A stretch of DNA of 42,525 nt from the IMG/VR virus record IMGVR_UViG_3300045988_020566; one strand, given 5' to 3'. Positions 8,221 through 15,819 of this stretch are shown piece by piece. This DNA is from a virus. The translations under genes were made by a program, and so were the position numbers. A model generated the notes under the pieces. That model saw only the letters and a list, made by a program, of their open reading frames with translations, had not been told where the DNA came from and did not search any database. Positions within the stretch are counted from its first letter, which is position 1; the number at the start of each line of letters is the position of its first letter.

Positions 8221-9056
8221 CGCTTGACGAGAAGATCAAAGCATTTCTGACTGTGAGCTACGGCGACGGCTACGGCTACGGCTACGGCTACGGCTACGGC
8301 TCCGGCTACGGCTACGGCTACGGCGACGGCTACGGCTACGGCTACGGCTACGGCTACGGCTACGGCGACGGCTACGGCTACGGCTACGGCTCCGGCTACG
8401 GCTACGGCTACGGCTACGGCTACGGCGACGGCTACGGCTACGGCTACGGCTACGGCTCCGGCTACGGCGACGGCTACGGCTACGGCTACAGCGACGGCTA
8501 CGGCGACGGCTACGGCGACGGCTACGGCTCCGGCTACGGCTACGGCGACGGCTACGGCTACGGCTACGGCTCCGGCTCCGGCTACGGAATTAAAAGCTTC
8601 AACCGGAAAACGGTTTATCGAATTGACGGCGTAAACACGCTGATTCGTTCCGTGCGCGGAAACACTGCGCACGGGGCAATTTTGAACGGCGATTTGACGC
8701 TCACACCGTGTTATATCGTCAAGCAGGACAACATTTTTGCACACGGCGAAACGCTGCGCGAAGCAATGGAAGCGCTGCGAGACAAGCTTTTCGAGGATAT
8801 GCCGGAAGATGAGCGCATTGATGCGTTCCTGCGCGAAACAGACCGAGAGAAAGTATATCCGACACTGTATTTTTACGACTGGCATCATCGCTTGACCGGT
8901 TCGTGCGACATGGGGCGAAAGCAGTTTGCCCGTGACCACGGTGTTGACCTTGAGCACGGCATGATGACGCTGATGGAGTTTTTGGAGCTGACAAAAGACG
9001 CTTACGGAGGCGATGTGATTCGAAAAGTGATTAGTAAGATGCAGGAGGTGGAGTGA
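8217..9056 (+). CDS. Gly-Tyr repeat protein with conserved-looking globular C-terminal domain
   Basis: ATG 8217 is coupled to the previous stop. A 13-aa leader precedes 110 residues of near-perfect G-X alternation (X = Y, D or S). A 156-aa non-repetitive domain follows (…FAHGETLREAMEALRDKL…WHHRLTGSCDMGRKQF…). Confidence 0.8.
   Translation: MTLDEKIKAFLTVSYGDGYGYGYGYGYGSGYGYGYGDGYGYGYGYGYGYGDGYGYGYGSGYGYGYGYGYGDGYGYGYGYGSGYGDGYGYGYSDGYGDGYGDGYGSGYGYGDGYGYGYGSGSGYGIKSFNRKTVYRIDGVNTLIRSVRGNTAHGAILNGDLTLTPCYIVKQDNIFAHGETLREAMEALRDKLFEDMPEDERIDAFLRETDREKVYPTLYFYDWHHRLTGSCDMGRKQFARDHGVDLEHGMMTLMEFLELTKDAYGGDVIRKVISKMQEVE
8259..8588 (+). repeat. tandem hexanucleotide repeat (GGCTAC)n with interspersed GGCGAC/GGCTCC units
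   Basis: 330 bp read directly, in frame with the CDS. There is a single deviation from alternation (AGC at 8490-8492). Confidence 0.95.
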
Positions 9057-9547
9057 TGGAACGACTAACATACCGTGATAAAGACGGATTCCCGATGATG
9101 AAAAAACGTGGTGGAATCAAACAGGGAGGCGTTGAGCGCCTTGCCGCCTACGAGGACACGAGGCTGACGCCGGAAGAAGTGGCAGCTTTGGGAAGACTGT
9201 TTGATTACGCTTTGGAAGAATCTAAAACGCTGGCGGAGCAGCTTGCATTGCTCAATCGCATCCGCGAGCTGGCCGAGGCCGACAAGGACGGGCGGCTGGT
9301 GGTGCTGCCGTGCAAGGTGGGGGACACGGTGTACATGATCGAGCGCATTTTTGACATTGATAATGGCGTATGCGATGAGATATGCGCCAGAAAGGTAATA
9401 GGATACGGCGGGAACAATCTGAATAAATTGTGGCTCATAGGGAGCGGAGGCATATGCAACGTCTCTATTTTCGTTTCGGAGTTTGGCAAGACCGTATTCC
9501 TGACCCGCGAGGAGGCGGAGAAAGCCTTAAAAACAAAGGAGGGGTAA
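9053..9547 (+). CDS. hypothetical protein
   Basis: SD ggaggtgg. 164-aa ORF with motifs RLAAYEDTRLTPEEV and VLPCKVGDTVY, recalled from other Firmicutes phage hypotheticals. Confidence 0.65.
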   Translation: MMERLTYRDKDGFPMMKKRGGIKQGGVERLAAYEDTRLTPEEVAALGRLFDYALEESKTLAEQLALLNRIRELAEADKDGRLVVLPCKVGDTVYMIERIFDIDNGVCDEICARKVIGYGGNNLNKLWLIGSGGICNVSIFVSEFGKTVFLTREEAEKALKTKEG

Positions 9548-9548
9548 T

Positions 9549-10061
9549 ATGCCGCATGGTAGCGCAAGTCAGTCTGGCGAGCATAATGGCAACTATAAGC
9601 ATGGTGGGAAAGGAACAAAACTATACAACGTCTGGCGTGCTATGCGTAAGAGATGCGCCCTTAAGACTGATACGCATTATAAGCGATACGGGGGCCGAGG
9701 TATCTCGGTATGCGAAGATTGGCAAAGTTTTTTAGCGTTTAAAAAGTGGGCAGATGAGAACGGGTATAAAGAAGGCCTTACCATTGACAGGGTAGATAAT
9801 AATGGGGATTATTGCCCAGAAAATTGTCGTTGGGTTGACAGAAAAACTCAGGCAAACAATTTGGAAGTGACTGTGAAAATTAAAGTAATAGATACCGAAA
9901 AGACGTTGCATGAGTGGGCTGACTTTTTAGGTATAAACCCGTATACGTTATATGATAGGCTGAGGGCTGGATGGCCGCCAGAACGTGCTCTTTTTGAACG
10001 CGTAAGTTTAAATAAATATGAGCACCAAAAGAAAGCATTGGAGGCGATGAAGGATGAATGA
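9549..10061 (+). CDS. homing-endonuclease-like DNA-binding protein (IDRxDNxGxYxPxNCRW motif)
   Basis: AAGGAGG SD. Motifs YKRYGGRGISVCEDW and LTIDRVDNNGDYCPENCRWVDRKTQANN. Local G+C is much lower than in the flanks. Confidence 0.55.
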   Translation: MPHGSASQSGEHNGNYKHGGKGTKLYNVWRAMRKRCALKTDTHYKRYGGRGISVCEDWQSFLAFKKWADENGYKEGLTIDRVDNNGDYCPENCRWVDRKTQANNLEVTVKIKVIDTEKTLHEWADFLGINPYTLYDRLRAGWPPERALFERVSLNKYEHQKKALEAMKDE

Positions 10062-10227
10062 TTGCAAAAACATGGACTGCCCGTGGCGCTCAAACTCTAC
10101 AAGCAACCCGTACCATTGCGATATTTTCATTTGCCAGAGACGTGACGACGGAACGGTTTTGATTGCGAGCAATCACACGCTGACCAAAGACGAACTTATA
10201 GCTTTAAGGAGGGCTGAAAATGGCTGA
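10054..10227 (+). CDS. 57-aa Cys-containing peptide
   Basis: Hand-translated MNDCKNMDCPWRS...HCDIFICQRRDDG.... Overlaps both neighbours. No clear SD. Confidence 0.35.
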   Translation: MNDCKNMDCPWRSNSTSNPYHCDIFICQRRDDGTVLIASNHTLTKDELIALRRAENG

Positions 10228-10516
10228 ATACATTGAGCGCGGTGCATTTATCGAGTTGGTGAAAGATATTCCAATGTGGGGCAGCGTGGCGGCTATGTTT
10301 GCGGATAGAATCCCCGCCGCCGATGTTGCCCCGGTGGTGCATGGGCGGTGGATAGTCCGATTTGGCGGCCCATATAATCGTCGTAGATGCTATTGCTCGC
10401 ATTGCGGAAAACATAACGGGGTTGGTGGCATAGCTAAAAACCAAGAAAAGCCGTACTGCCCCAACTGCGGCGCAAAGATGGACGGAGGTGACAGCGATGA
10501 GGCTGATCGACGCTGA
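10220..10516 (+). CDS. zinc-ribbon protein
   Basis: SD aaggaggg. Motif CYCSHCG...YCPNCG. Confidence 0.65.
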   Translation: MAEYIERGAFIELVKDIPMWGSVAAMFADRIPAADVAPVVHGRWIVRFGGPYNRRRCYCSHCGKHNGVGGIAKNQEKPYCPNCGAKMDGGDSDEADRR

Positions 10517-10790
10517 TTTATTGGAAGACCAGTTTGGAATATCCGATGAAGACCTTCTTGCGCTTGACGAAATTCGACACGCTCCCACCGTTGATGCCGT
10601 GGTCGTGACGCGGTGCAAGGACTGCAAGCACAGCGCGCTGCCGTCTGAACTTCCCCAGCGATACGGGAAGCCGGGGATACTGACGTGTCACAACAGATAT
10701 TCGCCATGTAATAGACGCAACGTTGGTGAGGACGATTTTTGCAGCTACGGCGAACCGAAGGAGTCCAAAAATGCTGACGATCACGATTAA
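10497..10790 (+). CDS. Cys-rich hypothetical protein
   Basis: ORF 10488-10790, with ATG at 10497 (MRLIDADLL...). Motifs TRCKDCKH and a C-terminal Cys/His set. Confidence 0.55.
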   Translation: MRLIDADLLEDQFGISDEDLLALDEIRHAPTVDAVVVTRCKDCKHSALPSELPQRYGKPGILTCHNRYSPCNRRNVGEDDFCSYGEPKESKNADDHD

Positions 10791-10935
10791 AGCCAACGTC
10801 CCCGCCGCTGACGCGCAGGGCATCAAGGAGCGCATCGCCATGGACATTGAGCGATACGGCGATTGTAAAGTCGTGAGCGTCGTGAGCGACCGGGGACGGG
10901 AAGAACAGCTACGAATGAAAGGAGCCAAATTATGA
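10771..10935 (+). CDS. 54-aa hypothetical protein
   Basis: AAGGAG SD 7 nt before ATG 10771. Lies inside ORF 10723-10935. Confidence 0.45.
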   Translation: MLTITIKANVPAADAQGIKERIAMDIERYGDCKVVSVVSDRGREEQLRMKGAKL

Positions 10936-11321
10936 GCATCAACGTAAAGAAGTACACCAAAGACCAGATGGCGAAGATGGTGGAGGACGCGCAGGCGGAA
11001 GTGCAGGAATTAAGGCGGGTAAACGCCGCACTGACCGAGCAGATCGACCAGATGAACGGCGAGGCCATCAACAAGGCAAACGAGATCGCGAACCTGAAAG
11101 CGGACGCGGATGCGCTGCGAAACAAGCTCGCTGACACCGAGGCGGCGCTTGGGCGAGCGAATGATGAGTGCGCTTTTAAGCAAGAGGCCCTTAATGTAAT
11201 GCGCAACAGGCGCTACAACGCCGAGCAGCGCGCCGATTACGCAGAATCCCACCCGTGGCGCAATCTGTGGGCATGGGTTAAGAGAAAGATAGGTGGCGAG
11301 AGGAATGAGCACGTTTCCTGA
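10932..11321 (+). CDS. coiled-coil protein
   Basis: 129-aa ORF with heptad-like charged helices (EVQELRRVNAALTEQIDQMNGEAINKANEIANLKADADALRNKL). Confidence 0.65.
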   Translation: MSINVKKYTKDQMAKMVEDAQAEVQELRRVNAALTEQIDQMNGEAINKANEIANLKADADALRNKLADTEAALGRANDECAFKQEALNVMRNRRYNAEQRADYAESHPWRNLWAWVKRKIGGERNEHVS

Positions 11322-11523
11322 CCGCCTACGGAGGTTACGCGAACGCCAGCAGTTAAAGCGCTGCGTGCTGTCCGAGCTGTGCGGGCTGAATCGGAACACC
11401 ATCAAGCGGTATGAGATGGGGACACAGAAACCGTCAATGGACGCGCTGATAAGCATCGCCGACTATTTCGGCGTGTCGATTGATTATTTGCTCGGGCGGT
11501 CGGACTACCCGAAAAGTTTATAA
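11305..11523 (+). CDS. XRE-family HTH regulator (last gene of the early block)
   Basis: LRRLRERQQLKRCVLSELCGLNRNTIKRYEMG...ISIADYFGVSIDYLLGRSD is a typical HTH_3 with a C-terminal YLLG motif. Confidence 0.75.
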   Translation: MSTFPDRLRRLRERQQLKRCVLSELCGLNRNTIKRYEMGTQKPSMDALISIADYFGVSIDYLLGRSDYPKSL

Positions 11524-11537
11524 AAATATTTTGCAAA

Positions 11538-11555
11538 ACTCACTTATAAGTGAGT
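11538..11555. promoter_or_regulatory. 18-bp perfect palindrome ACTCACTTATAAGTGAGT
   Basis: Verified as its own reverse complement. Sits just after the HTH gene stop, at the 5' edge of the non-coding region. Confidence 0.35.
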
Positions 11556-11572
11556 CAGGGTATTGCAATTAT

Positions 11573-12215
11573 GGGAGAATTGAGCCGCAGAGGTGTAAAA
11601 GCCTTTGCGGTTCTCTCATTTATGGCGTTTACCTCCTGCGCCATAGCGGGGACGGCGCTTTTTCATCTTTTCACGCCGCTCCCGCACCATGCCGCACGCG
11701 CGATGCAGCCCACAATCAGGGCCGAGAGGTCGCACCTCTCATGCGGCACAGGGCCCCGCGCACCTCTCAACGATGTGTCCCAGCGGGGACATTTAGGGGC
11801 GAATGTTCCAAGGCTGGCGAGGCGGTCTCCAAAACCGCTTGGGTGGGTTCGATTCCCAACCGTCCCTGCCAACTCTAAACGGAGTCACCAACGGAGTATA
11901 AACAAGTGGGGTAACCGTGGGAACCGGAGATATACGGCATAGGTGCCCCGTAAGGGGAGACCACAGCGAGTGACGGGGACTTTCCCTGAAGCGCTAAAGC
12001 AGGGCAGGACTGCAATGCCGTACCAAAAGAGGAGAGCCGCTGCCTTTGGCAATGGGCAAAGCCCGCCTGAAAGTGCGGCAATAATGGTTCGCGTGAGCAT
12101 GGGGTGAGCGATTAAATCAGGCCAAATCGGTGACAACACCGGGCGAGCCTGAGCTAGTAAGTGTATGCCCTTCGGGGCGGGTAAATTCTGCTATGTAAGG
12201 CCAAGGGGCGGGGGC
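11573..12215 (+). ncRNA. large structured non-coding RNA candidate (ROOL/GOLLD-class or novel); boundaries approximate
   Basis: 727-bp gap before terS with no credible ORF. Stacked hairpins were folded by hand (11573-11617, 11621-11645, 11646-11685, 11690-11748, 11775-11792, 11942-11962 GUAA loop, 12001-12046, 12048-12067, 12117-12152, 12167-12178 UUCG loop). Confidence 0.5.
11795..11871 (+). tRNA. tRNA-Trp(CCA)-like element, non-canonical (possibly a module of the large RNA)
   Basis: 77 nt. A 7-bp acceptor (AGGGGCG/CGTCCCT), G discriminator and encoded CCA. A 5-bp anticodon stem with loop CUCCAAA, and a T-loop GGGTTCGATTCCC. However, the D-arm cannot be folded and the T-stem has a mismatch or an extra C. 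Confidence 0.4.
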
Positions 12216-12250
12216 TGGTAGCAAAAATGTGACAAGAGAGGTGGTGATGA

Positions 12251-12622
12251 GTGCCATTAACAGCAAAGCAAGAGAGATTTGTGCAAGAGTACCTTGTGGA
12301 CTTAAATGCCACTCAGGCCGCCGCGAGAGCCGGTTACAAGAATGCTGAAAAGGGTAGGCAGTTAGTTACGAATAGTAACGTTTCGGCTGCTATCCAGAAG
12401 GCAAAGGCAGAAAGACAGAAACGAACGGAAGTAACGCAGGACTATGTTATAGAAAAACTCAAAGAAATCGCAGACAAGCCTGCGTCTGATTGCACGGAAA
12501 GCGATTTGAAATATGCGAATAAGCTAAAAGCGCTTGAAATGTTGGCGAAGCATACGGGTGTGTTCGACAAGCAAGACAACGCAAGCGCTGATTCCGTTGT
12601 CAAGGTAATTATCGATGTCTGA
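12251..12622 (+). CDS. terS: terminase small subunit
   Basis: LTAKQERFVQEYLVDLNATQAAARAGY is the Terminase_2-type HTH signature. GTG start after gagaggtgg. Overlaps terL. Confidence 0.85.
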   Translation: MPLTAKQERFVQEYLVDLNATQAAARAGYKNAEKGRQLVTNSNVSAAIQKAKAERQKRTEVTQDYVIEKLKEIADKPASDCTESDLKYANKLKALEMLAKHTGVFDKQDNASADSVVKVIIDV

Positions 12623-13853
12623 CATTCGTTTATCCGAGAAAATCGGCCCTGCGTTTTACGATATCGCGCATGATGTTTTTCGTCACGGGCACACGCATTA
12701 CGACTTTAGCGGTGGGCGCGGTTCGCTGAAATCGTCTACAGTATCAATTCTTGTACCGCTTTTACTGGTTTCCAATCCGGGAACGCACGCGCTTGTGCTG
12801 CGCAAGGTGGCAAACACGATCCGCGATAGCGTGTATGCGCAGTATATTTGGGCAATCAGTGAGCTGGGCATGGCGGCGTATTGGGAAGCCAAGGTTTCCC
12901 CGATGGAGCTGATTTATAAGCCAACAGGGCAGAAGATCATGTTCCGGGGCGCTGACGATCCCATGAAGATCAAGTCTATCAAGGTTCCGTTCGGCTATAT
13001 CGCCGTAACGCACTTTGAAGAGAAAGACCAGTTTGCCGGACGCGCGGAAATCCGAAATATTTTGCAGTCGACCATGCGCGGCGGCTCGGTGTTTTGGAAT
13101 TTTGAGAGCTACAACCCGCCGATTTCGCGCGACAACTGGGCGAACAAGGACAGTTTGGAAGAGCGCGCTGACCGGCTGTGCCACAAGTCAACGTACTTGC
13201 AAGCCCCGCCAGAGTGGCTTGGTGAGCAGTTTTTAGCGGAGGCGGAACATCTCAAGGCCACGGACGAGAGAGCGTACCAGCATGAGTATTTGGGCATTCC
13301 TGTGGGCACGGGCGGCAACGTGTTTGACAAGCTGGAACTGCGGGAAATTACCGATGAAGAAGTCAAAAGTTTTGACCGCATCTATCAAGGGGTGGACTTC
13401 GGCTGGTTTCCTGACCCATTCGCTTTTATCCGCCTGCATTATGACAGAGCGAGAGAGACGATATATCTGCTGGACGAGATTTATCAAAATAAGCTATCTA
13501 ACGAGCAGAGCGCGAACATGATAAAGCAATACGGATATAACAATATTCGGACAATCTGCGACAGCGCAGAACCGAAGAGCGTTGCAGATCTCCGCGCGAT
13601 GGGGCTACCTGCGTATGAAGCGGTAAAAGGCCCCGGCTCGGTGGAATACGGCATGAAGTTTTTACAGCGGAGAACAATCGTCATTGACAGGCGACGCACA
13701 CCAAACGCTTACAATGAGTTTGTAGGATACGAATACGAACGAAACAAAGACGGCGACATTATCAGCGGCTACCCTGACGCGAACAACCATTTGATTGACG
13801 CGACGAGGTATGCGTTAGAGCCTGTCAGCCGCAGAATGGGAGTTATTGCATGA
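12615..13853 (+). CDS. terL: terminase large subunit (PBSX/Terminase_3-like)
   Basis: Walker A-like GGRGSLKSST. 412 aa, lying between terS and the portal gene. Confidence 0.9.
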   Translation: MSDIRLSEKIGPAFYDIAHDVFRHGHTHYDFSGGRGSLKSSTVSILVPLLLVSNPGTHALVLRKVANTIRDSVYAQYIWAISELGMAAYWEAKVSPMELIYKPTGQKIMFRGADDPMKIKSIKVPFGYIAVTHFEEKDQFAGRAEIRNILQSTMRGGSVFWNFESYNPPISRDNWANKDSLEERADRLCHKSTYLQAPPEWLGEQFLAEAEHLKATDERAYQHEYLGIPVGTGGNVFDKLELREITDEEVKSFDRIYQGVDFGWFPDPFAFIRLHYDRARETIYLLDEIYQNKLSNEQSANMIKQYGYNNIRTICDSAEPKSVADLRAMGLPAYEAVKGPGSVEYGMKFLQRRTIVIDRRRTPNAYNEFVGYEYERNKDGDIISGYPDANNHLIDATRYALEPVSRRMGVIA

Positions 13854-15280
13854 GCAATGCAGTTATCCAAAAGTTAAAAGAACTTGGCTATACGACGATC
13901 CCGGAAGAGTTTTACAGCCAAGTTGACCTCTGGAAGTCCTGGTATGTTGGGAAAGTAAAGGATTTTCACAGATACAGAGAATATAACGGGCATGAGTGGG
14001 TGAAAAAGAAGCGGTCTTCGCTTGGAATGGGAAAGAAAGTCTGCGAAGATTGGGCAAATCTGCTCATGAACGAAAAGGTTAAAATCACTCTTGAAGGCAA
14101 AAAAGAGCAGGAATTTATTGACCGCATTTTGGAAGAAAACAACTTTACCGTAAAAGCAAACGAAATGCAGGAAATGAAGTCTGCGCTCGGAACAGTTGCG
14201 TATGTCCCCCGCGTTATTGGCCAGAAAGTAAACGACTACGATGCTCCGATTCCCGGAAGCGCGGAAGACATTGCAATCGACTATGTGACGATGGAGCACA
14301 TTTACCCGCTTTCATGGCGAAATGGCGTGATTACAGAGTGCGCATTTGATAGTGTTGTAACACGGTTCGGACATCAGTATTTGTTCCTGCAAATCTTTAA
14401 AAAAGAGCGAACCGGCAAATACACAATCGAAAACAGCATTTATTTGTACGAGAATGAAACGCTGTCGGAAGTTAGCCTTGCATCCGTTGATGGCTTTGAG
14501 CATATCCCGCGTGTCGTCCATACGGGGAGCGCGGAAAAACAGTTTGTGATAGATCGCCCGAACATCGCCAACAATTTCGATTATCTCTTGCCCGTCGGCG
14601 TCCCTGTTTATGCAAATGCTCTTGACGTGCTGGAAAGCGTAGACAAGGCGTTTAACTGCTATGGAAACGAGTTTGACAATGGCGCGTTGCTGCTGATGGT
14701 AAAAATGCCAGCAACAAGGTATGAGGACGGGAAACCGACTTTGAACAATAACGATAGTAGGTTTTACCTTCTCCCAGAGGACACGCAGCAAGGGAACGTT
14801 GTCGAACCAATTTCCCCACAGTTAAGAACCCAGCAGTTAAATATCGGGTTGCAAGACCAGCTCAATATTCTTTCCAGCAAGTGCGGTTTCGGCGAGACCT
14901 ATTATCGGTTTAACGGCGATAGCGTCGCGACAGCAACGCAAGTTATCAGCGAAAACTCCACCATGTTTCGCACCATTAAAAAGCATGAGATTGTGCTCGA
15001 GCAGGTTCTCGTGGAGTTGTGCCGCATTCTGCTTCGACTGGGCAACACGGCTATGAACGCTGGGCTGAATGAAGAAGTGGAAATCTCTATCGACTTTGAT
15101 GACAGCATCATTGAGGACAAGCAAACCGACTTTACCCGCGATATGCAGCTCTTGCAGGCGGGCATTATGAACGATTGGGAGTTCCGCATGAAGTGGATGA
15201 ACGAGGACGAGGCAACCGCAAAGGCGGCGCTGCCTAAGATGCAGGACATGACAACCGAAGGACAAGAGGAGGTAGAATGA
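13850..15280 (+). CDS. portal protein (SPP1 gp6-like)
   Basis: 476 aa following terL. N-terminal pattern WKSWYVGKVKDFHRYREYNG...LGMGKKVCEDWANLLMNEKV is typical of SPP1-type portals. Confidence 0.9.
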   Translation: MSNAVIQKLKELGYTTIPEEFYSQVDLWKSWYVGKVKDFHRYREYNGHEWVKKKRSSLGMGKKVCEDWANLLMNEKVKITLEGKKEQEFIDRILEENNFTVKANEMQEMKSALGTVAYVPRVIGQKVNDYDAPIPGSAEDIAIDYVTMEHIYPLSWRNGVITECAFDSVVTRFGHQYLFLQIFKKERTGKYTIENSIYLYENETLSEVSLASVDGFEHIPRVVHTGSAEKQFVIDRPNIANNFDYLLPVGVPVYANALDVLESVDKAFNCYGNEFDNGALLLMVKMPATRYEDGKPTLNNNDSRFYLLPEDTQQGNVVEPISPQLRTQQLNIGLQDQLNILSSKCGFGETYYRFNGDSVATATQVISENSTMFRTIKKHEIVLEQVLVELCRILLRLGNTAMNAGLNEEVEISIDFDDSIIEDKQTDFTRDMQLLQAGIMNDWEFRMKWMNEDEATAKAALPKMQDMTTEGQEEVE

Positions 15281-15819
15281 TGGGCGGTAGAGGCGGAGCC
15301 AGTGGCGGAATTGGAGCCGGAGAAACTGGGCGCGGGCGCGGTATAAGCCTTGCGCGGTTTTTGTCACAGCAGGATATTACCCGAGCAAACGCTGCGTCTG
15401 TCACTGATATGGGCGATATTATCAGGCGCACATTTGAGCGCAACGCTGCTGAAATCAATGGGCTTGAGCTGACGGACGCTGAAAAGAAAGACGCAGTAAA
15501 GCAGATGGCAACTCTCGCAACAACGGCGCTCAAAACGGCGGCAGGAGCAGTCAATCCTTATGCAAGCGGGCCTGCGCGCCTGACAACGGCGCAGAAAACA
15601 GGAAGCGCCGCAGACAGAGCTGCAAGAGCGCGCGGTGAAATGGATAGCTACATGCGGAAATTGCGTGACCAGTCCAATAAAAACCGCAAAGCAGCAGAAA
15701 ACAAGGCGTTTTCCAATGCCTTTGTAACAGCGCAAAAGTCCGGCGCGTTGGAAGTTACGGTAAACGGCAAGAAATACCGCAGGGCTAACAAGCGCAGCGG
15801 TACATGGCGTCCGGTATGA
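15277..15819 (+). CDS. hypothetical protein with Gly/Arg-rich N-terminus
   Basis: 180-aa ORF beginning MMGGRGGASGGIGAGETGRGRG, with a basic C-terminus. Overlaps the portal stop. Confidence 0.6.
   Translation: MMGGRGGASGGIGAGETGRGRGISLARFLSQQDITRANAASVTDMGDIIRRTFERNAAEINGLELTDAEKKDAVKQMATLATTALKTAAGAVNPYASGPARLTTAQKTGSAADRAARARGEMDSYMRKLRDQSNKNRKAAENKAFSNAFVTAQKSGALEVTVNGKKYRRANKRSGTWRPV

Noticed and set aside
8259-8588. Possible CRISPR array or other interspersed repeat
   Set aside because: The period is 6 bp with no spacers. The repeat is entirely in frame inside a CDS, and there are no cas genes.
7947-9071. 374-aa minus-strand ORF with a long (Ala-Val)n run
   Set aside because: It is the mirror image of the GGCTAC repeat. 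It lies antisense to a well-supported, translationally coupled plus-strand gene, has no SD, and stays open only because of the repeat and the high G+C.
11480-11942. Two overlapping ~130-aa plus-strand ORFs (11480-11878, 11550-11942) in the terS-upstream gap
   Set aside because: They have no SD. Their translations are Arg/Pro/Ala/Gly-rich with no domain-like pattern. They overlap each other in different frames and run through the tRNA-like element and many hairpins. They are better explained as non-coding structured RNA.
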